From Planctomycetota bacterium (GTDB taxonomy: Bacteria; Planctomycetota; UBA1135), in assembly GCA_045047305.1 (NCBI GenBank), contig JASFYO010000074.1, positions 1-28,812 on the forward strand: a DNA stretch of 28,812 nt, in the 5' to 3' direction. The translations under genes were made by a program, and so were the position numbers. A model generated the notes under the pieces. That model saw nothing but the letters and a program-made list of their open reading frames with translations. It searched no databases and was not told where the DNA came from. This document shows, piece after piece, positions 1-8,692 of this stretch. Within the stretch, counting starts at the first letter, position 1, and each line of letters opens with the position of its first letter.

Positions 1-6
1 GAAGGC

Positions 7-1896
7 TTAAGGAAGTACCTCACGGAGCAAAGCATTGGTCTTGATCGAATGCCCTGCAAAAGGGCCTGCCAGGGTCACAGCTTGCAAGCCGATCTCGCCG
101 AGTGGTGCGAGCAGGGGGACATCGGAGGTGAAGGAAGCATTGCCTTGCGCATCGGACATGGCGAGTCCAAGAACAGTGATTGGACCAACTAGATCTAACT
201 GTAGCTGCCCAAATCCTTGCGCATTCCCTAAACCTGTTCCTTGTGGTGCATAGAGAAAGGCAACTGGGCGATTTGCAAGTGTGTTGCGAATACTCATCGT
301 TGCGGGTTGCCCACGGTAAAGGACGTCGACATCTAAAGGGGGGCCTGCAGCAAGAGTGATACGCTGATTCGCCTGGGTATGCCCAAGGTAGGTCAGGCTG
401 CCATCGGACCATTCCACGCGCACTTCATCGACCTTTTGGGCGCTGCCAAGGCCGAGGTGAATCAAGGGTTCATGCGTGCCTTGATAACTCGAGGCATTGT
501 CCAACTGACGCAAACGCCAGGCATCGCCAAGGCGGAAGTAAACCATGGCTCCTATACCAGCCGGTGCGATGTCAGGGTTCGCGCTGGTTTCAAGCTCCAG
601 TTGCAGCCAGTTTCCTGCTGCAATACCTGAATCGTTGCGGTACAGCCGCACCTGGCCTTTGTTCGAGAGCAAAACTAAATCATTATCACCATCGCGGTCA
701 TAATCGAGGCGTAACAAGGTGCGCCCTTGACCGGGATCGGTGAGGCCAGCGGCAACGGCTTCTTCGCTGTAAGTGCCGTCTTGCTGATTCACGAACAGGC
801 GCGTCGGGGTTGCCGCACGGATTCCACTCCAGCCATTGGCAGCGGCAATGTCGAGCCAACCGTCGTTGTTCACGTCAATCGCAGCTGGGCCCCAGCCCCA
901 ATCCGCATCATCGACGCCCGCACTGATGGAGTCGTCGGTGAACACTAAACCGCCTTGGTTATGTAGTAAGACGTTGCCCGGAATAGGGTAGATGGCAGAG
1001 GCGTAGATATCGATCAGCAAGTTGTTATCGAAGTCAGCGAAGGCATTACCCATGCCATTGATGATCTGAAACTGTGGTGGCTCTACTGCCATGGGAAGGA
1101 AGGTGGAATCGCCTTGATTGGCAAATAGGCGGCTTCCACCCCAGTCTGCAATACATACGATTTCAGGGGAGAGATCGGCATCTAGGTTGACGATGCCGCC
1201 AGCGAAGCCCATCGAGCCTGCTGCGTCGGCACCACAGGAAACCGTGACATCGAGGAAGGTGCCGTCGCCCTGGTTCTGAAATAAGACATTCGAGTGACCA
1301 GTAAACTGCTGTCCGGCGCAAACGAAGAGATCGAGGTCTCCATCGTTATCGTAATCGCCAAAGAGGGCACTGCTTCCGGTGGCGATCGAAACTGTGGTTG
1401 TGGCTACGCCGGCACTCACTGCCACTTCGGTGAAACCAGTGCCGCCATCATTGTGATAAAGACGATGCATGCCAGGCGTGGGTGGGCCACTAGCTAAACC
1501 TAGGCTGCTGACAAAAATATCAACGTAGCCATCGCCATCATAATCTGCGGCGGCAGCGCCAAATCCGTGGTGCAAGGCATCGACACCCCATGCATTGGCG
1601 AAGTCGGTAAATGTTCCGTCGGCGTTGTTCAAGTAAAGTGCATCCGCACGGTCGCCACCGCCGAGTAGAAACAAATCTGGCCAGCCGTCGTGATTAAAGT
1701 CACCCACGGTGCCTCCTGCATTCATGTCGCCAAGCATGGTCGGGAGGTTGAGAGTGACGGCATGGCTGAAGTTCAAGCCTGCCGACGCGCTCTGGTCAGA
1801 GAATTGGATTTGCGCAGTGGCTGCAGTCGAGAACACGACGGCAAACAACAACGACAAACATGAGAATTGCACATAGCGGGGGCTAATGTGTTGCAT
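7..1896 (-). CDS. Secreted CRTAC1-family protein (FG-GAP/VCBS repeats, ASPIC/UnbV domain, extra C-terminal domain)
   Basis: Repeated DxDxDG Ca-binding motifs (GDFNHDGWPDL, ADYDGDGYVDI, GDYDNDGDLDL, DVNNDGWLDI, DYDRDGDNDL) and an ASPIC/UnbV-like segment (GNWLQLEL..GIGAMV..SSYQG..IHLGLG..VRVEW). Start moved to ATG 1896 (MQHISPR), which gives a signal peptide ending ATA-Q. Confidence 0.85.
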   Translation of the reverse strand: MQHISPRYVQFSCLSLLFAVVFSTAATAQIQFSDQSASAGLNFSHAVTLNLPTMLGDMNAGGTVGDFNHDGWPDLFLLGGGDRADALYLNNADGTFTDFANAWGVDALHHGFGAAAADYDGDGYVDIFVSSLGLASGPPTPGMHRLYHNDGGTGFTEVAVSAGVATTTVSIATGSSALFGDYDNDGDLDLFVCAGQQFTGHSNVLFQNQGDGTFLDVTVSCGADAAGSMGFAGGIVNLDADLSPEIVCIADWGGSRLFANQGDSTFLPMAVEPPQFQIINGMGNAFADFDNNLLIDIYASAIYPIPGNVLLHNQGGLVFTDDSISAGVDDADWGWGPAAIDVNNDGWLDIAAANGWSGIRAATPTRLFVNQQDGTYSEEAVAAGLTDPGQGRTLLRLDYDRDGDNDLVLLSNKGQVRLYRNDSGIAAGNWLQLELETSANPDIAPAGIGAMVYFRLGDAWRLRQLDNASSYQGTHEPLIHLGLGSAQKVDEVRVEWSDGSLTYLGHTQANQRITLAAGPPLDVDVLYRGQPATMSIRNTLANRPVAFLYAPQGTGLGNAQGFGQLQLDLVGPITVLGLAMSDAQGNASFTSDVPLLAPLGEIGLQAVTLAGPFAGHSIKTNALLREVLP

Positions 1897-2135
1897 GAAA
1901 GATCGCCCGTTAGGGTTCGGGTTAGGGGGACACAGCTTAGGGATGCTGATGTTCGACCCTAGCAAGCAGGCCTTGGTGTCTGAGACAAGAAATCCTATTT
2001 TTATCCCTTCCCGTGAGCTTGAATCGCCTAATAGCGGCCAAGAGCGCTATTTCAGCGTTTCTTCATACCTTCGTGCTTTTCGAAATATGGCCGAAGGTAA
2101 GGCGGTTACGCATGCTTAAGCTTTCCTTCCGCTCC

Positions 2136-2897
2136 ATGAGTCGCATGCATCTCTTTCGTTTCTCCCCACTGCTCTGCCTCGGTTTAGCCTGGCTAATGGC
2201 TCTGATTTTGGTCCAGTTTTTGGCGCCAATTGCGCAGGACCCAGCCTTCTTATTGTTCGCTGAGAGTGGCGCATGCTGTGGCATTCCACACTTCTGGAAC
2301 GTGGTTACCAGCTTGGCCTTTCTTTGGATCGGTGGTGCCGGACTACTCAGCTTGCGCCGCGATGGAACTTTGTTTTCGCTACCTGCCGAAACTACGTTCT
2401 TTATCGGGATCCTTCTGACAGGGCTTGGTTCCGCTTATTTTCATTGGAACCCAAACAACCAGACTTTACTTTGGGATCGTCTCCCGATGGCCTTAGGCTT
2501 CTTAGCCCTTTTCCTTGCCCTGGTTGATGATTGTTTGCAAGTTGTCATAGCAAAGCGTTTGTTGCCAGCAGCGCTATTGTGCGGCGCTGGAAGCGTTCTC
2601 TATTGGGCTTATTCAGAAGCGAAGGGGAATGGCGATTTGCGCTATTACGCGATCGTGCAATTCTTGCCTATGCTACTCATTCCTGTTTTGTTACTGCGTT
2701 GGCCCCCGCAACAGAAACATCCGGCCTGGCTGTGGACCATGCTTGGGCTTTATGTGTTGGCCAAGATTTTTGAATACTATGACCATGCCATCGCGGCTTG
2801 GCTTCCTTTTGATTTGACCGGGCATGCGTTGAAGCATGTAGTTGCGGCAGCAGCAGCTTATTGTTTCTTGCGCGCCCGCCCGCGCAACTTAGGTTAG
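2136..2897 (+). CDS. Alkaline phytoceramidase-like (CREST superfamily) multi-pass membrane hydrolase
   Basis: About 7 TM segments with motifs NVVTSLAF, GSAYFHW.P....L.WDRLPM, GDLRYY..VQ, LAKIFE..D and GHALKH. Start uncertain (ATG at 2112, 2136 or 2145). Confidence 0.75.
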   Translation: MSRMHLFRFSPLLCLGLAWLMALILVQFLAPIAQDPAFLLFAESGACCGIPHFWNVVTSLAFLWIGGAGLLSLRRDGTLFSLPAETTFFIGILLTGLGSAYFHWNPNNQTLLWDRLPMALGFLALFLALVDDCLQVVIAKRLLPAALLCGAGSVLYWAYSEAKGNGDLRYYAIVQFLPMLLIPVLLLRWPPQQKHPAWLWTMLGLYVLAKIFEYYDHAIAAWLPFDLTGHALKHVVAAAAAYCFLRARPRNLG

Positions 2898-3175
2898 GGA
2901 GCCTCAATGGAAAGAATGGAGACCATCGGCACCCAAATCTTGGATTTTGGAGTTTGCACAAGCACTCCATTGCTTTCAACGCCATCTAGCGTGCCCTTCA
3001 CCATCAAGATTGCTTGCGTATGCGAGTTGTAGGTGAGGGTCACCGAGGAGTTCAGAAGGGAATTCAATCCCACAACCTTTTGTTGCCCCTCTTGAGCTAC
3101 AGAAGGTTTGGTGAAAAAGGTAGCGGCGATAAGGACAGCAGCTAAGAGACAAATGCTAAGGGGAGTACGTTTCAT
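2894..3175 (-). CDS. Small exported hypothetical protein (93 aa), possible Sm-like beta fold
   Basis: Signal peptide MKRTPLSICLLAAVLIAATFF..SVA-QE followed by a beta-rich mature region. Its stop overlaps the stop of the convergent gene. Confidence 0.65.
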   Translation of the reverse strand: MKRTPLSICLLAAVLIAATFFTKPSVAQEGQQKVVGLNSLLNSSVTLTYNSHTQAILMVKGTLDGVESNGVLVQTPKSKIWVPMVSILSIEAP

Positions 3176-3319
3176 GCGTGGTTACGAAAAAGTAAGACTC
3201 TGGAGTCTAACCTGCAGGAGGGGGGCGGTACCCGGCTGTTTTCTTTGCTATGCTGGAGTCCTATGCTGCCACTTGCCTTGCGCCGACGGAAAGACTTAGG
3301 CTTGCACGGTGCTTCGACT

Positions 3320-4096
3320 ATGGATGAATTCGCTTTATTTCCAAGGCGTGATCTCATGCAAGGAGTTCCGCGTGGAATCCTGCTAGTTCTGTTATGGATC
3401 ACTATCGTTGGCGACGCGTTGCGCATTCTTTGCCAGCTGGTTTTGGATTCCTCATCAGGATGGATTGCTGCTTTCGGGCAGATCTCGCTTCTCGCAGCTT
3501 TTGTCGTATTGCCGGTGTTGGTAATACGCGCATGGCGCCTTGTGATGTATTTTTGCGTGCGGCGTTTGGCATGGCAGGATCGCACTTGGGATAATCTCCT
3601 TTTGCTGTTGGTCGTGTGCCTCTTTGGCGAACTGGCTTTCTTTGAATTGGCTACGGCACGAACCGAATGGCCGGGGTATTCACCACTCTTCCCTAGTTTC
3701 CTAGGTGGCCCCATTTTGGCCATGCTGATTGGGCTTGTGGTCGTTGGAAGCAAGGGCCACCGCAGCGTGAGTGGGGGGATCGCCCTAGGCACTGCAGTCG
3801 TTTGGGTGATGGTGCCGCTCTATTTAGATTTGGAATACCACATAGGTTCGACCCACTTCATGGAATACGTTCCCATACTTTGGGTCGCCATGGTTTCCCT
3901 TCTTGGGTGGATACTAGCTATTTGGAGTGTGTTGGATGGGCTTGGCGGTGTCATCCTTGCGCCGCTGATTCTTGCCATTCCTGTGCTAGAAGTTTGGAAG
4001 GGCCGCACTTCCTTCGCCACCGCTGGCACCATGGTGGTGAGTGGTTTTGCCTTGGCTCCGTTTTTATCGGAATGGCTGAATCACATTTTGGACTAA
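3320..4096 (+). CDS. Hypothetical multi-pass membrane protein
   Basis: Long ORF with about 7 hydrophobic helices and no recognised motif. Start at 3320 (MDEF) or 3263. Confidence 0.6.
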   Translation: MDEFALFPRRDLMQGVPRGILLVLLWITIVGDALRILCQLVLDSSSGWIAAFGQISLLAAFVVLPVLVIRAWRLVMYFCVRRLAWQDRTWDNLLLLLVVCLFGELAFFELATARTEWPGYSPLFPSFLGGPILAMLIGLVVVGSKGHRSVSGGIALGTAVVWVMVPLYLDLEYHIGSTHFMEYVPILWVAMVSLLGWILAIWSVLDGLGGVILAPLILAIPVLEVWKGRTSFATAGTMVVSGFALAPFLSEWLNHILD

Positions 4097-4109
4097 GCTG
4101 CGCAGCAAT

Positions 4110-7100
4110 CTAGTTCCGAATCGGGCGCAGAACGATGTTTTTGAATTCCATCACAGCTCCTTCGGATTGAAGCGCAATCGGGCCCGCCAAATGCGCTGCC
4201 CAATCGGCTGTGTTCTGAATGGTGCCGTTGACCTCTAAGGTCACCCGGCTGCCAAATACTCGGATACGGTAGTGGTTCCATTCTCCAAGCGGACGCTCAT
4301 TACTCGGTTGCATTTTGACCGTATGACGACCGGATGTGCGCGCAGCATCCACCAGCAAAGGGAAGTGATCGATGTTCCAAATGTCGCCGGCGTTGCCAGA
4401 ATGCAGTTGTGCTTCGATACTTCGCGGCCAGACCTGATGCGGCTCTTGCACGCGCAGTAAAACCCCAGAGTTTCCAGGCCCTGTAGCCGGATCTCCACGC
4501 CAATCTAGCTCAATTTCAAAGTCAGTGTAATCTTGGTCCGTGTAAAGATAGCCGATGGGATTGCCTTCGCAGCGCAGGACGCCATTTTTTACACTCCATA
4601 CGGAAGTTGGGTCGGTGCCTTCTGGGAGCTGGAACTTCCAGCCTTGGAGGTCCTTGCCATTAAACAAGGAGATTGCATCGCCGAACTCCGGCTGTGGATT
4701 TTGCTGCTGAGTAAGAAAACTAACTAGGTCGGCAAGGTCTTGAGAACTTAAGCCCATCGATTGAGCTGGAGGCATGGAAGAGGTCGCTTGATGCTCCCGC
4801 GCTACGACTTCACTGGCGGAGAAAACTTGCCGCGTTCCTGCCGAATCGCGAAGCACAATGCGTTCGCCGTCGGCCAAGATGGCTCCAGTAATATGGCGTC
4901 CGTCTTGCAGGGTGAATATCCAGGTATCAAAACCAAAAGCTATGGAGGCGCTAGGTGCAAGAAGCGCGTCGATTAATCCTCGACGTCCGAATTTCTCCCC
5001 AATAACGCTTAATTCTGGTCCTAAACTTCCGCCGAGACCGTTGTAGGTATGACAGGCAAAGCACGTGCCGCGGCCACGGAATAGTTCCTGACCACGGAAT
5101 GCATCACCGGGCATGGCGGCCAAGGTATCGGCAGGAGGGTAATGGGACTCGGTGGTGAACACCTCCGACGCCAATGCTCGAATGGAAAGGTCGGTGTGTT
5201 GTTTGAGTAGCGGTGCAATGGCTTCGAGTACCGTGGTGGGGAGCTGCTTTGCTTTAGCTTTCTGCAGGAGAAAGAGAGCACCGGCAGTGTTTTGTGCCAA
5301 AATTTTGGCAGCAGCAACATCTCCTTGGATCGCGGCGCGTTCGCGTTGGGCGATGGCTATGGCATCGCGCTTTTGTTCCATATGAATGGAAAAACGAATC
5401 GAGGTAGCGTTGTTCTGCGAGGTTCCATTGTCGTCGGCGGCACATGCGCCAAGTAAACGAGTGGCACCGGAAGGTACTTGAATCCCGATGCGCGAAGGTG
5501 CATGAGTGCCAATGCCAGTGTCGAATCGCACGCCGCCAACATCGAGTGCTCCACCTACGCAGTCCGCATTTTTATGGACCGAGCCCCATCCTGCTTCGGC
5601 TTCAATCCAAGTCGACGCATTCACCGACTGGATGCCATCCGCGCCCTCAAAGCGCAGGTCGAGCCAGTCTCCCCAATCGCAGGAATTACCGTCGCCGGCA
5701 TCATCAACCACCAGCCAAATAATTTCGGCGCGCTCAAGGGGGAGGTCAATGCTGGTGGTGGTGGCATCGCGCATGACTTCGCTTTGCCAGCTCAGTTCTG
5801 CACGGTCAAAGTTTCCGGCAAGTGCATCTCCGAGATCAAAGCTGCGCCAGTCGTTTTCACGGCGATGGCGCACCCAATAACCAGCCCTGCCACGTAGTTC
5901 CTCTGCTCCGTCCAGAGCGAGTAGCAACATGGCTTCGGCGGCCTCGCGTTGCGGCATAAAGGCAATGGCGTCGATGGCACGTAAGCGCAATGGCATCGGG
6001 TGACGTTGTTCTTTGCAAAATGATACGAGCCACTTTAAGGATGCTGGTGGATGCAAGCGCCATAAGAGTGGAAGGCGGGTTGCATCCTCTGTGTCGGCGG
6101 CAAGGATCTGGGTGAATAGGGAATCTTCTTTGCCGTCTGCGCCGAGGCCAAGACATTCGAGGTATACCCGGTCATCCAGCGGACCGAGCAAAGCAAAATC
6201 AAGCCATAATTGTTCCACCTTTGTGCCTTCGGCATCGCGCATCGAGGCTGCGACTCTGGCGCGGACATAGGGGGAAGGGTCGTTGCGGAAAAGTTCGGCA
6301 GCTTCTATGGAAAACCCATGGACACGAGTCCAGGCGCGGTAGGCTGCCACGCGGAATCTTTCTGACTCATGCAAGGATTCCTTTAAGAGTTCGAGCGGAA
6401 AATCGGAGGCAGACTTTTTCCAAAGCTGTTTCGCACGATTGGCTTCCAAGCTCGCCGCAAGTGGGGAGGCCGTCGCGGTGGAGGCGTTGTGAATCCGAAT
6501 AATGCGACCATAAGCTTCCGCATCCCCAGCTTGATGTCCACCGACTCCGGGATCGAACCAATCGGCCACGTAAATAGAGCCATCGGGCGCCACCGCAACA
6601 TCGCTGGGCCGAAACCAATGGCCGCGGTCGCCGGTGACTTCATAGGCCGGTTGAATCAGAATGCCTTCCTCTAGTTCCAGCGCCGCACCTTGGATGGAAG
6701 GACGATGGGTGAACACTAGGGAGCGCCCTGCGTCGGCATTCAGGATCGTTCCAAATAGTTGAGGAAATGCATGCTCCTCATAGACGGTGACCCCGGTGGG
6801 TCCTCCAGCACCGTTTGCAGTACCCAAAGGCATCACGCCAGGATCCATTTGGTGCCAATGTGCGCTGAGCGTTGCTTGGCCGGGACGTCGGTCAGCGCCC
6901 CAGAAACGGCTGCCATCGGCGCTGAAGTATCCATAGTTCCCGCCTTCTACAATCGAAACTGTACGGCAACTACGGTTGCCATCGTCATCGTTGTCGGAAA
7001 CGAAGACATCGCCATAACTATCGACCGCAGCCTCGTAATCATTGCGAAAGTTGTGCGCGATGATTTGCAGGCCACTGCCGTCTGGATGCATGCGGCCAAT

Positions 7101-7754
7101 CAAACCTCCAGTCCAGATGCGTCCATCGTCGGAAACCAATCCCGGATGATTGTCAGCGGGAAATTGTCCACCACCGCGGTAACTAGAGCCGCTGCGTAAT
7201 TGGAATCCGTCTTTATCGGTGACCATGTGCGGGCCGGCGTTGCCCACGGCAAAAAGTAAATCTCCGTCTGGCATGGCAACGAAGGAGTGCAAGCCATGGT
7301 CGTGGTCGTGGCCGCCGAATCCAGTGAGCAAGGTGGTGCGCGTATCAGCCTTTAAGTCGCCATCGGTATCGCGGTATTCATAAAGGTTGGGCGAGCAACT
7401 GACTAGCACTCGGTCTTCCAGAACACAGATGCCAAGCGGAGAGGTAAGCTCGATGTCTTGTACGAAGACCGTGCTTGTGTCGGCCTTGCCATCGCCGTTG
7501 GTGTCTTCCAGGACCACCACGCGATCTCCTTGGGGGAAATGCTTGCCTGGATTACGGCCATCCCATTGGCGGTAATTCACGGCTTCCGTAACCCACAGTC
7601 GGCCTTGGGCATCAAAGGCCATGGCCGTAGGATTGTACATAAGCGGCGATTCTGCCCACAAGCTTGCTGCCATGCCATCGAGCAATTCAAACTGATTGCT
7701 TACATCATTGGATGGCGTTTGGGCCAATAGCAGCAGGGTTACGGCAAGGGACAT
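4110..7754 (-). CDS. PVC-type heme-binding CxxCH protein: dehydrogenase-like beta-propeller, HEAT-like helices, NPCBM-like domain, cytochrome c domain, DUF1080 domain
   Basis: NPTAMAFDAQGRLWV, LEDTNGDGKAD, HNFRNDYE and RPSDVAVAPDGSIYVADW (propeller); GDAFRGQELF..TCFACH..GPELS and distal SSMP (CxxCH at 5049-5063); SLFNGKDLQGW, NSGV, EAQL, GEWNHY and GPIALQSEG (DUF1080). Confidence 0.88.
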   Translation of the reverse strand: MSLAVTLLLLAQTPSNDVSNQFELLDGMAASLWAESPLMYNPTAMAFDAQGRLWVTEAVNYRQWDGRNPGKHFPQGDRVVVLEDTNGDGKADTSTVFVQDIELTSPLGICVLEDRVLVSCSPNLYEYRDTDGDLKADTRTTLLTGFGGHDHDHGLHSFVAMPDGDLLFAVGNAGPHMVTDKDGFQLRSGSSYRGGGQFPADNHPGLVSDDGRIWTGGLIGRMHPDGSGLQIIAHNFRNDYEAAVDSYGDVFVSDNDDDGNRSCRTVSIVEGGNYGYFSADGSRFWGADRRPGQATLSAHWHQMDPGVMPLGTANGAGGPTGVTVYEEHAFPQLFGTILNADAGRSLVFTHRPSIQGAALELEEGILIQPAYEVTGDRGHWFRPSDVAVAPDGSIYVADWFDPGVGGHQAGDAEAYGRIIRIHNASTATASPLAASLEANRAKQLWKKSASDFPLELLKESLHESERFRVAAYRAWTRVHGFSIEAAELFRNDPSPYVRARVAASMRDAEGTKVEQLWLDFALLGPLDDRVYLECLGLGADGKEDSLFTQILAADTEDATRLPLLWRLHPPASLKWLVSFCKEQRHPMPLRLRAIDAIAFMPQREAAEAMLLLALDGAEELRGRAGYWVRHRRENDWRSFDLGDALAGNFDRAELSWQSEVMRDATTTSIDLPLERAEIIWLVVDDAGDGNSCDWGDWLDLRFEGADGIQSVNASTWIEAEAGWGSVHKNADCVGGALDVGGVRFDTGIGTHAPSRIGIQVPSGATRLLGACAADDNGTSQNNATSIRFSIHMEQKRDAIAIAQRERAAIQGDVAAAKILAQNTAGALFLLQKAKAKQLPTTVLEAIAPLLKQHTDLSIRALASEVFTTESHYPPADTLAAMPGDAFRGQELFRGRGTCFACHTYNGLGGSLGPELSVIGEKFGRRGLIDALLAPSASIAFGFDTWIFTLQDGRHITGAILADGERIVLRDSAGTRQVFSASEVVAREHQATSSMPPAQSMGLSSQDLADLVSFLTQQQNPQPEFGDAISLFNGKDLQGWKFQLPEGTDPTSVWSVKNGVLRCEGNPIGYLYTDQDYTDFEIELDWRGDPATGPGNSGVLLRVQEPHQVWPRSIEAQLHSGNAGDIWNIDHFPLLVDAARTSGRHTVKMQPSNERPLGEWNHYRIRVFGSRVTLEVNGTIQNTADWAAHLAGPIALQSEGAVMEFKNIVLRPIRN

Positions 7755-7769
7755 GCTGGCAGAGTAGCA
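7755..7769 (-). promoter_or_regulatory. Extended -10 promoter, leaderless geometry
   Basis: Minus strand reads TGC-TACTCT-GCCAGC-ATG: TGnTAnnnT 6 nt before the start codon, with no SD. Confidence 0.55.
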
Positions 7770-7821
7770 AGCATGATTCCTGTGCGGCGGTGCTTTTAAA
7801 GAGCGATGCGCGTGGATGAGG

Positions 7822-8676
7822 CTAAATCACCACCGCTTCCATATCTTCCGGCATTTCCGCAAGTTCTTCGGCGTTGAGCATGGCATAAATCTCAACCAGG
7901 TTTCCGCCAGGGTCACGTAACCAGAATTCGTGCAGTGGCATATTGCGCCACGTGGTGCGTGCAGGTTTTTCAATGGTGAACCCAGCCTCCACGGCGCGTT
8001 CCTGGCAGGCGAGGACGTCGGCTTTGCTGCTCACGCCAATACCTAAGTGATACATGGTGTCCTGATGAAGCTTTTTGCCATCGTCGACGAGGAAGACTAG
8101 GCGGTTATGCAAGCGCGCATCGTCGAATACAACAAAACGATCAGTCCAATAACTCGGTTCTAACGCAAATAGCCAACTGTAAAAGCGCGCGGTAGCAGCG
8201 AGGTCTGGGGTGCGGATGCTGAGATGGAATTCGGAAGGATCAGCGCCCGATGTAGGGAGATTGCGCATGGCAGCAAGAATCTCCAAGCGTTTGTGGATGC
8301 GTTCGCGTGCAATACAGAAATGCTCCAGGCGTTCGGCTTCACTGAGAGCTTCGTTTTTGCGGTCCGGGTCAGGGATGGGCCAGTGCAGGCGTTTCGCTTT
8401 TCCGAGAAATACGGGACAGACTTCTTCTGCGCACAGAGTAATGACCAAGTCGACGCTGTTAGGGTCCACATCTTGCACCGAAGTGGAAACGTGGTCCTCA
8501 AGCGAGACACCGACGGCGGCCATGGCTTGAATCGCAAAAGGGTTAACCCGGCTCGGCGCGCTTCCCGCCGACTGGATGTTCGCTGAATCGCCGAATAGCT
8601 TGCGTGCAAGGCCTTCAGCCATTTGACTGCGCGCCGAGTTGGCGACGCAAAGGAAGAGGATGTTTTGGTATTGCAT
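7822..8676 (-). CDS. arsC: LMW-PTP-family (thioredoxin-type) arsenate reductase fused to a C-terminal VOC/glyoxalase (ArsI/CadI-like) domain
   Basis: P-loop C10-VANSA-R16, ITLC82AEEVC87P and HWPIPDP. Residues ~149-265 match the VOC pattern ([28 protein letters not shown]). Third gene of the ars operon. Confidence 0.88.
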   Translation of the reverse strand: MQYQNILFLCVANSARSQMAEGLARKLFGDSANIQSAGSAPSRVNPFAIQAMAAVGVSLEDHVSTSVQDVDPNSVDLVITLCAEEVCPVFLGKAKRLHWPIPDPDRKNEALSEAERLEHFCIARERIHKRLEILAAMRNLPTSGADPSEFHLSIRTPDLAATARFYSWLFALEPSYWTDRFVVFDDARLHNRLVFLVDDGKKLHQDTMYHLGIGVSSKADVLACQERAVEAGFTIEKPARTTWRNMPLHEFWLRDPGGNLVEIYAMLNAEELAEMPEDMEAVVI

Positions 8677-8692
8677 CTGGATGGAAAGCGGT

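Noticed and set aside
1910..1942. Telomeric repeat or eukaryotic contamination
   Set aside because: Only three exact TTAGGG units, embedded in a continuous bacterial intergenic region.
3172..3792. 206-aa minus-strand ORF, and similar shadow ORFs such as 18275-18847, 22819-23307 and 24882-25328
   Set aside because: They are antisense or out of frame to better-supported genes, have no motifs, and are expected at this GC content.
4097..4106. GCTGCGCAGC palindrome between convergent stops, and AGACTC-TG-GAGTCT near 3195-3208
   Set aside because: Too short to distinguish from chance, with no U-tracts.
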